Positions 1-6,268 of a stretch of 6,443 bases of DNA are shown in pieces; positions within the stretch are counted from its first letter, which is position 1; the number at the start of each line of letters is the position of its first letter. Made by a program: the position numbers and the translations under genes. Below the pieces are notes generated by a model. The model did no database searches. It was not told the DNA's origin and saw nothing but the letters and a program-made list of their open reading frames with translations. Source of the stretch: a virus (lineage: Duplodnaviria; Heunggongvirae; Uroviricota; Caudoviricetes); the IMG/VR virus record IMGVR_UViG_2531839666_000013, positions 1-6,443 of that record; one strand, written 5' to 3'.

Positions 1-697
1 CGGCGGGCACTTCTGCCGGTATTATCCGGGAAGGTACGGTTAATCAGCCTGTCACGGCGAAGACCATCCCCCTTGAACAGAAACACCCTGTTGCCCAGTC
101 CGTCACTCCGGCAACGACGCCAGAAACGATAGGCGTTATCTGTCACCCCGGCTTCCCCTCCCGTATCCACAGCCATGGCCATCAGACGCATGCGCACATC
201 CGGATCAGAAGCCAGCGGCCATGTTTTATGGAACACATCCGTCAGCAACAAATCCCAGTCCTCCGGATATGCTGCCGGATCAACCGGCAGACTTTCACCG
301 TTGGGACTGCAGCGTAGTGAATGCCGGATGTTGTAGCGATCAACAATCCAGCGTTCCCCCTGCTCTCCGTATCCGGTGATCTGCACAACAAAACGGCGAT
401 TTTTACCGCCCTGAACGTCAACCGTTGCCTCAATAAAACGCACACCATCCGGCACAGATCTCCGGGGAAACGGCTCGGCACGCTGTTCAAGCAGTTCACT
501 TTTACGCTGTTCCGTGGCTGAACGGGGCAGATAGGGCCGCCCGATATCGGTGTTCACCACCGCTTTCAGGGTCTCTTCACTGCCGGTTCGCTCATACTCT
601 TCTTCTGCCGCCAGCAGCTTAAAAATCAGTTGTTCCCAGGTCTGAAACGCCGCAGCCGGCCCCTCCATCCAGAAACTTGCTATTCTGGAATTTCGGG
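1..697 (-). CDS. A: Terminase large subunit (lambda gpA family), C-terminal portion; in a different frame from the N-terminal ORF, 3' end beyond window start
   Basis: Minus-strand frame with codons ending at 678, 675 ... 3 translates without stops as ...ASFWMEGPAAAFQTWEQLIFKLLAAEEEYERTGSEETLKAVVNTDIGRPY...VDVQGGKNRRFVVQITGYGEQGERWIVDRYNI...AVDTGGEAGVTDNAYRFWRRC.... From memory this is collinear with the lambda gpA region after the CPHCG motif (SPFTTWVQIV...FVNTTLGETWE...IDSQLDRYEMRVWGWG...). It carries no Met start because it continues the 680..1669 ORF after a frame change near 695-699. Confidence 0.75.
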
Positions 698-1669
698 GGT
701 TCCGGTGATACTGCCATCCACCGCTGCCCGTTCGCCTTCCCGCAGCCAGATCCCCTGGTTATTCAGTTCACGCTTCTGTTCCGGAGCAATCAGCCCGCGA
801 CAATGCGGACACATCAGACGGGCCGCCTGCCCGGCAGCCACAAAATCAGGGTTATTCCGGTAACCGGTCATGTTATCCATCACCGGCTGAAAATATTCCC
901 CGCAGTGCGGACACGGCCAGTACCACCGGCGGCGGTCTCCCCTGTTATACAGTGACAGGATCCCCGTTGTTGGCGGTGCCTCATGTGCGCCACCACAACG
1001 CCATTTGGTGTCAGTGATATCCCGCCCCGGTGAACTCTCAACCAGGGTCATCCCCGAAGACATAAAGGTGGTGGTACGCTTTGATGCCAGGGTGAAGGCA
1101 TCCCCTTCCCCGTCCACGTTTTCAGGGAAACGGTCATAATCCGTCAGCGCCACACGACGGTAATCCGAAGAGGAAAATACGGTGATCGACGGCCAGCCAA
1201 TTTTCAGGAATGAGCCGTCAAGAAACATTTTGTCGTGGACGTTGTTGTCATTACGGGAGGGGCTGAGGCGTTTGCAGACCTCCGGGCTGTGGCGAAACGT
1301 CCTGGAAAGACGCGTTCTGGAATGCTCACGCGCCTTCGTCTCGGTCATCTGCACCACCAGCATGTCCGCCGGATCACAGATGATGCCGTACACAATCCAG
1401 CCATCAATCAGCCCTTCGGTTTTCCCGGTTCGCGCAGGTCCGACAAACACCACCGCGTCATATTCACGGGCTGATAATGTATTAATGGGGTCTATCATAT
1501 AGGGCGTCAGCGATGACTCCCACGGACCGGAAGTATTGGCTCCCCGTGGTACCCGCATATAACGCCTGATGGCTTCCGCTACTGGTAACCGGCCAGGTGG
1601 GCGAAACAGCGAGGCCACTTCGCGCCAGATATCGGATGCGCGGCTATGGCTCTCGTTCACCTGATTCAC
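680..1669 (-). CDS. A: Terminase large subunit (lambda gpA family), N-terminal ATPase portion; ends at a premature TAG caused by an apparent 1-nt deletion
   Basis: 329-aa ORF with a P-loop (VVFVGPARTGKTEGL) and the gpA-like motifs SLFRPPG and WYWPCPHCGEYF...LMCPHCRGLI...GIWLREGE, matching lambda gpA SLFRPEP and FHVACPHCGEEQY...GIWTRDG. GTG start at 1669 with GAGG upstream, overlapping the stop of the upstream small-subunit gene. Only about half the expected gpA length before the stop at 680-682. Confidence 0.88.
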   Translation of the reverse strand: MNQVNESHSRASDIWREVASLFRPPGRLPVAEAIRRYMRVPRGANTSGPWESSLTPYMIDPINTLSAREYDAVVFVGPARTGKTEGLIDGWIVYGIICDPADMLVVQMTETKAREHSRTRLSRTFRHSPEVCKRLSPSRNDNNVHDKMFLDGSFLKIGWPSITVFSSSDYRRVALTDYDRFPENVDGEGDAFTLASKRTTTFMSSGMTLVESSPGRDITDTKWRCGGAHEAPPTTGILSLYNRGDRRRWYWPCPHCGEYFQPVMDNMTGYRNNPDFVAAGQAARLMCPHCRGLIAPEQKRELNNQGIWLREGERAAVDGSITGTPEIPE

Positions 1670-2142
1670 ATATCGGCCTCATCACAACAGTCAATGACTG
1701 CCTTTTCCAGTGTGTCGCGGATCTCATCAACCACAATCTGTACTTCATTCAGTTGTGATGCAGTCCACCCCCTGTCCCTCTCCAGCCGGTCAGGCCAGGT
1801 TTCCAGTACCTGAACTATCGCTTTCACCACGACAGAAAAGGACCGCCTGACATCACTGACTGGCACAAGCTGAACAGTTTCATGCTGAAATTTAAGACGC
1901 TCGCGCTCGGACTGATACCATGCCTTACGAGCGTGAGGATCCATATCCTCATCTTCGGAAGATGGTGGTTTTTCCAGCAACGAAGTTATCAAATCCGTCA
2001 GGAGATACAGTTTTTTCTTTTCATTACTGCCTGGTGCAAGAGGAACATCCGCCATTCTGGCGGCAACAGTCTGCCGGTGCAGACCTGAAAGGGCTGCCAG
2101 TTGATTAATATTTAACTTCATATTTTTCAGCTCGCCGTCCAT
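1666..2142 (-). CDS. nu1: Terminase small subunit (lambda Nu1-like, N-terminal HTH DNA-binding domain)
   Basis: 158-aa ORF; N-terminus MKLNINQLAALSGLHRQTVAARMADVPLAPG resembles lambda Nu1 MEVNKKQLADIFGASIRTIQNWQEQGMPVLRG. Sits immediately upstream of and overlapping the large-subunit start (ATGTGA / GTG). GGAGGG lies 6 nt upstream of the ATG at 2142; an alternative start is ATG 2121 (MKLNIN). Confidence 0.85.
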   Translation of the reverse strand: MDGELKNMKLNINQLAALSGLHRQTVAARMADVPLAPGSNEKKKLYLLTDLITSLLEKPPSSEDEDMDPHARKAWYQSERERLKFQHETVQLVPVSDVRRSFSVVVKAIVQVLETWPDRLERDRGWTASQLNEVQIVVDEIRDTLEKAVIDCCDEADM

Positions 2143-2319
2143 TTACATCCCTCCACATAAACCGCAGAACAGAAGTGACTCTGTTTTTTTGTAAAGAAAT
2201 GCCGCCATATAAAGATGTCGAACAAAAAACAACCACAATCATCATCTTTTTAATACTAACAGCATTAAAAACAACAAGTTACCATCATGATGATGATGAC
2301 GATAAAATCACAAAAATGC

Positions 2320-2350
2320 GCCTTTTTCCGCGCCGCCCGCCCCGTGTTCA
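2320..2350 (-). other. Candidate cos site (cosN-like GC-rich element) with an AT-rich cosB-like region between it and nu1
   Basis: Minus-strand ACGGGGCGGGCGGCGCGG (plus 2328..2344 is ccgcgccgcccgccccg) resembles the lambda cosN region ACG|GGGCGGCGACCT|CGCGGG and lies about 190 nt upstream of the nu1 start, the same spacing as in lambda. The intervening 2143..2327 is AT-rich with repeated GATGATGA/TCATCATC blocks and GTTGTTTTT copies. Exact nick positions cannot be derived from sequence alone. Confidence 0.35.
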
Positions 2351-2601
2351 GGCCCACCCCACCAGGAGGACCCGCAAAATGATAATGGTTATCATTTGCA
2401 ATGTAGTCCGGTTTCTTCCACCATCGCACCGGACCAGCGACCATGAGGGGACAACGCCGCGCTCCGTTAACGCGGTAAACCCCGGTGTGTATCGTTTTTG
2501 ATTATCCCCGCACACTCGCGCAGAGGAGTCTCCCTGTCGGGCTGCGGTCTCTGTTAATACGGGAATACGGCGACAATACCGCGCATGGATAATAAGGTCG
2601 C

Positions 2602-2826
2602 TCAACACACTGGCTGTAATGCAGCGGATACCATGCGGCATTTAGCGGCATTCATCGTACACTCAACGGTTAGCTCTTCATTCGTGGCATTCACCTGAAA
2701 GGTCCGGGAGTGTAATTGCGTACATTTACCACTGAACGAACCTTCAACAAGAACACGACCACGCTGCAAAATACGGAACGGAATTGTTCCCTGAAAAGGT
2801 TCTACGGTTACCAGTAATTTCTTCAT
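2602..2826 (-). CDS. Hypothetical small protein (74 aa) between Rz and cos
   Basis: ATG at 2826 with GGAG 6 nt upstream, starting 24 nt after the Rz stop; MKKLLVTVEPFQGTIPFRILQRGRVLVEGSF.... The ORF track extends it to a TTG at 2844 (80 aa). No recognisable family, signal peptide or lipobox. Confidence 0.4.
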   Translation of the reverse strand: MKKLLVTVEPFQGTIPFRILQRGRVLVEGSFSGKCTQLHSRTFQVNATNEELTVECTMNAAKCRMVSAALQPVC

Positions 2827-2849
2827 GCATTCTCCGGATAACAAAAATA

Positions 2850-3323
2850 CTAGTTAATACACTGAGTGCGGATATATTCCTTCGCCCCTTCCAGCTGCTT
2901 CTGCATTGTCATCAACCGTTCTCTGAGGATGAAATAATCCCGTTCAGCGGTGTCTGCCAGTCGGGGGCCGGTTGCATTATCCACGCCGGAGGTGCCGGTG
3001 GCTTCACGCACTGTACCGGGGCAGGTGGCGTTGATCCGCAGGCGCTTACGACCAGCGGCAACATCAGCACGCAGAGTTTCATTTTCAGCTCTCGCATCGG
3101 CTAATTCCCTCGAGTATTTTGCATCGAGCGCAGCAACATCGCGCTGGCGCACCTGCATATCAGTAATGGTTGCGTTTGCCAGCTCCAGCTCTCTGGCTTT
3201 TTTATCGCGCTGCGCTTTGTAGGTGATGGCGTTATCGCGGTAATGATTCAGCCCCAGACTAAGCACACCACAGACCACCAGCAGAATAACGGTAAACGCG
3301 GAAAGCATTCGGTTTATGCTCAC
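2850..3323 (-). CDS. Rz: Rz i-spanin (inner-membrane spanin subunit)
   Basis: 157-aa product is near-collinear with lambda Rz: N-terminal TM segment then [58 protein letters not shown]...[29 protein letters not shown] start at 3323 overlaps the TGA of the upstream small gene. Confidence 0.92.
   Translation of the reverse strand: MSINRMLSAFTVILLVVCGVLSLGLNHYRDNAITYKAQRDKKARELELANATITDMQVRQRDVAALDAKYSRELADARAENETLRADVAAGRKRLRINATCPGTVREATGTSGVDNATGPRLADTAERDYFILRERLMTMQKQLEGAKEYIRTQCIN
2912..3097 (-). CDS. Rz1: Rz1 o-spanin lipoprotein, embedded in the +1 frame of Rz
   Basis: 61-aa product [61 protein letters not shown] closely matches lambda Rz1 (MLKLKMMLCV...[27 protein letters not shown]). 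Lipobox LVVSAC, proline-rich, wholly inside Rz. Confidence 0.88.
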   Translation of the reverse strand: MRELKMKLCVLMLPLVVSACGSTPPAPVQCVKPPAPPAWIMQPAPDWQTPLNGIISSSENG

Positions 3324-3451
3324 CCCAGCAGCCCCGACGAAGATAACATCATCCAGCCCATGGAAAGAAAAAGAGCAACCAGCATTAGTGAAAATGAAAT
3401 GCCGACGATTACACAGAGGATCTTCGCCAGCATTGTGAGTTTGTCTGACAT
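3320..3451 (-). CDS. Small hydrophobic membrane peptide (43 aa), unknown function
   Basis: ATG at 3451 preceded by a strong SD AGGGAGGA 7 nt upstream; product [43 protein letters not shown] is a single predicted TM helix. Its TGA stop overlaps the Rz GTG start (GTGA). Below the ORF-track size cut-off as an ATG-initiated ORF; the track shows a longer alternative-start version (3320..3541). Confidence 0.45.
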   Translation of the reverse strand: MSDKLTMLAKILCVIVGISFSLMLVALFLSMGWMMLSSSGLLG

Positions 3452-3465
3452 GTTTAATCCTCCCT

Positions 3466-3648
3466 TCACGATTTCAACGCAATGACCAGTTTTGCCAGCC
3501 CATACAGCATCGGAGACACAGCGATACCGACCGCCACCCACTTAATAGCAAAAGCCAGTGCTCTGCTGATGTCATCAGTTACTGGCGCTTTCAGTTCAAG
3601 GCCGTTTTTCATAGTCAACCTCAACAGAATTCGTTTATACTTTTCCAT
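3466..3648 (-). CDS. Small membrane protein (60 aa, C-terminal TM helix), unknown function
   Basis: ATG at 3648 ([60 protein letters not shown]) with AGGGAG 5 nt upstream. The track ORF starts further up at a GTG (3681) inside the terminator stem, which is less plausible. Followed 14 nt later by the next small gene. Confidence 0.45.
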   Translation of the reverse strand: MEKYKRILLRLTMKNGLELKAPVTDDISRALAFAIKWVAVGIAVSPMLYGLAKLVIALKS

Positions 3649-3681
3649 GTTCTCCCTTGCCTTATCCAAGGTCAGAAACAC

Positions 3682-3720
3682 AAAACCCCGCTTGCTGCCA
3701 ACAAACGGGGTTTTTACTTT
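3682..3720. terminator. Rho-independent terminator-like hairpin between the endolysin and the small membrane-peptide genes (possibly bidirectional)
   Basis: Plus strand aaaaccccg-[15 nt loop]-cggggttttt followed by acttttatt: a 9-bp stem with a CCCCG/CGGGG core flanked by an A-run on one side and a T-run on the other. Confidence 0.4.
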
Positions 3721-3804
3721 TATTCACTTAGGTTTTGCCAGTTCGCAGGATTTCGTGTTATCCACCCGCGTTGGCCAACGTCATTTTTCAGCAAAATATT
3801 CTGC

Positions 3805-4338
3805 TTATCTGTCGATTCCCCAGCACGCCAGCGCACTCTCCTGGTCGCGACGGGATACCTGACCGTAGCAATTATTTGAGCGGATACGGCAGTCTCTGCC
3901 ACCGTCCTTAATCCACCAGCGAATCGCTTCACACGCTCCCCTGCGATCGCCTGCATTAATTCGTTTATAAAACGTCGACGGGAAACACTTACCGGGGCCA
4001 ATGTTATACGGGCAGAATGACGCAATACCCGCTTTCTGGGGTTCAGTCAGTGGCACTTTGATGTTTTTCTCCACCCATGCCAGCGCCTTATCACGCTCAA
4101 TGGCGTTAACCCGGTCGCATTTCCCCTTCGACAGCTTCATGCCAGGAATCACAGGCTTACCATCCACCCGGGTGGCTCCACGGCAGATGGTCCAGATACC
4201 CGCACCATCACGGTATGCCGTGGTGTGGTTACCTTCTTTTTCATCCAGAAACTGGTCGAGGATTTCAGGCGCAGAAGCCCCTGCGGCAATCAGCGCCAGA
4301 ACAGCAGCTGACAGGCCGTATTTGATTTTTGCGTTCAT
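3805..4338 (-). CDS. R: SAR endolysin (phage lysozyme, glycoside hydrolase family 24, R21-like)
   Basis: 177-aa product with an N-terminal Gly/Ala-rich signal-anchor-release segment (YGLSAAVLALIAAGASA) followed by EGNHTTAYRDGAGIWTICRG, which matches the E-x8-D-x5-T catalytic arrangement of phage 21 R ([20 protein letters not shown]). Pairs functionally with the pinholin upstream. Confidence 0.92.
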   Translation of the reverse strand: MNAKIKYGLSAAVLALIAAGASAPEILDQFLDEKEGNHTTAYRDGAGIWTICRGATRVDGKPVIPGMKLSKGKCDRVNAIERDKALAWVEKNIKVPLTEPQKAGIASFCPYNIGPGKCFPSTFYKRINAGDRRGACEAIRWWIKDGGRDCRIRSNNCYGQVSRRDQESALACWGIDR

Positions 4339-4374
4339 GGATATATTAAATATTCAGCCGCTGTCCCTGGCCCA

Positions 4375-4563
4375 CTAAATACGCACTTTAAGATAAGTCA
4401 GCCCCGGCTGGATCCAGTTATCAGGCTCAGTCTTAAAGGGTGGAGTATTGAAATCACGAAGAACGGTCTCCCGCACAACTGCATCCTTGTCAGCACCACT
4501 GGCCAGCGCTTCAATCTCAGCAGCTACCTGAAGATATCCCATGCAACGACCAATACGCTTCAT
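4375..4563 (-). CDS. Hypothetical protein (62 aa), second gene of a two-gene cargo module
   Basis: ATG at 4563-4561 overlaps the TGA of the upstream 265-aa gene (ATGA), with AGGGG 5 nt upstream; product [62 protein letters not shown]. No family recognised. Confidence 0.5.
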   Translation of the reverse strand: MKRIGRCMGYLQVAAEIEALASGADKDAVVRETVLRDFNTPPFKTEPDNWIQPGLTYLKVRI

Positions 4564-5360
4564 CAGCCCCTGTTTTTATTGTTCTTCAGGTAATCAATGG
4601 CAAATTCAATGAGCATCTCACAGTGCTGGTGCGATGGCGGTGTTACTTTTCCATTTTCTGATATGGTGATTTTCCCGTCATCACCGGATACAACAAAGGA
4701 TGGCCGGTTACACTCCCGTTCCTGGTTTTTGTCCGACACAGGCACAGTAAAATCACTTTCATGCCCGTTTTTACGACAGTCCTCGCCACGTACCGCAGCA
4801 AATACCGACAAGGCATACTCCTTTGCTCTCGCTTCATAGTCGCTGAATGTTGTTTTCGGATCGTAGTCTTCCCTGTACATAACCGACAGAACTTCCTCAT
4901 GATCAATATGAACACTGACCACGCTGCCTATTCTTTTGGTCAGCACAAGACGAGAATCTTCCCCGACTTTCACTCCTGGTGTCACACGTGCCGGAAGCTC
5001 CACATTAACCATCGCGCTCTGCACATCATCAGGCGCATTTTTTACCGGTTCGTTGACCTTTTCACGCCCCGGGTAAGTGGCGATTTTTTCCGGCATTGTC
5101 CATGAAGAAATATTCTGAAAGCCATATCGCGCAGTCCCTTCGCGTAATCCGAGAGCCGCATCCATGAAAAACTGCTTCGCCTGTTTTTTCGCCTCAGCTT
5201 CGTAAAACTCCAGCGTGGCACCTTCAGTACGGTCAAGACTAATCGCCACATATGGCGACAACAACGACGGCTGCCCGGCAATTACCAGTGCCACAGTAAC
5301 AGTTATCTTATCCGGGTAATGATTTATCCCTTTTACAACCAGTTCATATTTTTTATTCAT
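4563..5360 (-). CDS. Hypothetical protein (265 aa), cargo gene between pinholin and endolysin
   Basis: ATG at 5360 ([18 protein letters not shown]...) preceded by GGGGAG. Long stop-free frame to TGA at 4563-4565 with protein-like composition. In the ORF track it appears fused in frame to the holin as a 355-aa ORF (4563..5630), but the holin part is clearly a separate gene. One hydrophobic stretch ([22 protein letters not shown]) near the N-terminus; no motif I can assign. Confidence 0.7.
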   Translation of the reverse strand: MNKKYELVVKGINHYPDKITVTVALVIAGQPSLLSPYVAISLDRTEGATLEFYEAEAKKQAKQFFMDAALGLREGTARYGFQNISSWTMPEKIATYPGREKVNEPVKNAPDDVQSAMVNVELPARVTPGVKVGEDSRLVLTKRIGSVVSVHIDHEEVLSVMYREDYDPKTTFSDYEARAKEYALSVFAAVRGEDCRKNGHESDFTVPVSDKNQERECNRPSFVVSGDDGKITISENGKVTPPSHQHCEMLIEFAIDYLKNNKNRG

Positions 5361-5364
5361 CGCT

Positions 5365-5578
5365 TTACTCTCCCCGGGCGCCTTACGACGGTCTTCTTTA
5401 ATCTTGAAATACAGGTTCGTCAGGTACGTCAGCAGACCAAACAGCAGACTCCCCAGCACGCCTATTGCCGCCCACTGAGACGGGGAAACCCTGTCCAGCA
5501 ACTGCAGGAACCAGTAGCCCGTTCCACCGCTGACGTGGTGTATGACACACCTGTTGTGAATTTTTCCATCTGGTACAT
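5365..5578 (-). pseudogene. S: Class II pinholin (phage 21 S21-like) with dual-start motif; reading frame broken twice by apparent 1-nt deletions
   Basis: Frame B from ATG 5578 gives [17 protein letters not shown] (S21: MKSMDKISTGIAYGTSA); frame A then gives [50 protein letters not shown] (S21: [47 protein letters not shown]). Restoring one base near 5372-5381 recreates ...GE-TAA at 5365-5367, as in S21. It may equally be intact in reality if the deletions are sequencing errors. Confidence 0.8.
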
Positions 5579-5652
5579 ACCCGTCTCCGCAATCCGGAAG
5601 CTCACAACAATATAAAGACCACCGGCACACACCGATGGTCCCTTGCGCATGC

Positions 5653-5898
5653 TTACATCATCATGTCGCTGTCAGGTGTGGGGTCACCGCCATCTGAAGC
5701 ACTCCCCTCACCCGCGATACCTTCCGGCTCCGGAACTGCCGGTGCGCCCAGCAGTTCATCCAGAATGGCATCCACTTCTGCATCAAGACGCGCCTCGAGG
5801 TTCTGGCGGAGTTTCTGTTTCAGTGCGCTCAGGACTTCTTCAGAGCGCAGGACTTCCTTCACTGCCTCTGCAGTGACCAGGGATGTAATTTCTGACAT
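5653..5898 (-). CDS. Small highly acidic protein (81 aa), unknown function
   Basis: [81 protein letters not shown]: about 18 Asp/Glu against 6 Lys/Arg, helical N-terminal half and an acidic low-complexity tail. The track's 139-aa ORF (5653..6072) is the same frame with an implausible N-terminal extension. The RBS is weak. Confidence 0.55.
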   Translation of the reverse strand: MSEITSLVTAEAVKEVLRSEEVLSALKQKLRQNLEARLDAEVDAILDELLGAPAVPEPEGIAGEGSASDGGDPTPDSDMMM

Positions 5899-5938
5899 GG
5901 GATTTTCTCGTCGAAAGGTGTGATTAAGAAAGTTGCAG

Positions 5939-6118
5939 CTAAATGAGCGGCTCTTCGGGTTTGCTTCCGGCTGACTGACTGGCGCTGATTTTCTCTGCGG
6001 CCCTTTTATCAATCTGCCTGCGCCAGAAATCGCGCACTGCCCTGTACCCACCCGAAAGAAGATACAGCACACAGACCGCCGTACAGAAGCACAGCATTAA
6101 CTGGTTCAGAAATGTCAT
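5939..6118 (-). CDS. Small membrane protein (59 aa, N-terminal TM helix), unknown function
   Basis: ATG at 6118 with GGTGAG upstream; MTFLNQLMLCFCTAVCVLYLLSGGYRAVRDFWRRQIDKRAAEKISASQSAGSKPEEPLI; stop TAG at 5939-5941. Just below the ORF-track size cut-off; it overlaps, in another frame, the unlikely extension of the 139-aa ORF. Confidence 0.45.
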   Translation of the reverse strand: MTFLNQLMLCFCTAVCVLYLLSGGYRAVRDFWRRQIDKRAAEKISASQSAGSKPEEPLI

Positions 6119-6204
6119 GGTTTCTCACCGTGATAGTTGACATGATTTACTTATTTTTGTAGAAAAACACCGCAGACTTCGGTGTCATCATGGTCGTTTT
6201 ACCA

Positions 6205-6267
6205 GCCGCCAGCATTCATGTAGTGGACAAAGTTCATCCCTTTCCTTCATTGCTGGCGGCCTTTTTT
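6205..6267 (+). terminator. Hairpin with 10-bp GC-rich stem and T6 tract (plus-strand polarity), directly after the stop of the upstream minus-strand gene
   Basis: Plus gccgccagca (6205..6214) pairs with tgctggcggc (6251..6260), separated by a 36-nt loop, followed by cttttttatc. The T-tract is on the plus strand only; on the minus strand the structure is preceded by an A-run. Confidence 0.3.
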
Positions 6268-6268
6268 A

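Noticed and set aside
242-1502. Short ORFs in the track inside the terminase large-subunit locus (242..499 -, 321..521 +, 630..863 +, 677..955 +, 1182..1502 +, 1235..1474 +)
   Set aside because: All are antisense to or out of frame with the gpA-homologous frames and have Arg/Ser/Pro-rich compositions typical of spurious ORFs in GC-rich coding DNA.
2175-2501. Plus-strand 108-aa ORF containing HHDDDDDK (an enterokinase-like DDDDK site) that might suggest an engineered tag
   Set aside because: It spans the nu1 leader and the cos-like region, is low-complexity, and the Asp run is just the translation of a (GAT)n repeat in AT-rich non-coding DNA; there are no flanking vector-like features.
2348-2641. 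97-aa minus-strand ORF crossing the cos-like region
   Set aside because: Arg-rich and implausible in composition, overlaps the cosN-like element and the end of the 74-aa ORF, and has no RBS.
4341-4355. AT-rich near-palindrome (ATATT-A-AATAT) just upstream of the endolysin start
   Set aside because: Short and AT-only, in an intergenic RBS region; indistinguishable from chance, so not called as an operator.
2784-4378. Plus-strand and alternate-frame ORFs overlapping Rz, the endolysin and the small-peptide region (2784..3104 +, 2950..3222 +, 3243..3485 +, 3482..3862 +, 3720..4025 -, 4001..4378 +)
   Set aside because: They run antisense to or out of frame with genes having strong homology (Rz, Rz1, endolysin); 3482..3862 would read straight through the terminator hairpin.
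4597-5650. Internal and antisense ORFs within the holin/cargo region (4597..4839 +, 4643..4915 -, 4761..5105 +, 5042..5281 -, 5319..5615 +, 5398..5592 -, 5462..5650 -)
   Set aside because: They overlap the long protein-like 265-aa frame or the pinholin. 5462..5650 is the pinholin N-terminal frame (it contains [17 protein letters not shown]) extended with upstream and downstream out-of-frame sequence, so it is not an independent gene.
5653-6072. 139-aa minus-strand ORF (MCCIFFRVGTGQ...) as a single gene
   Set aside because: The N-terminal 58 residues look like out-of-frame translation (Ser/Arg/Pro/Cys-rich) and overlap a better small TM ORF in another frame; the internal Met at 5898 gives a coherent acidic protein.
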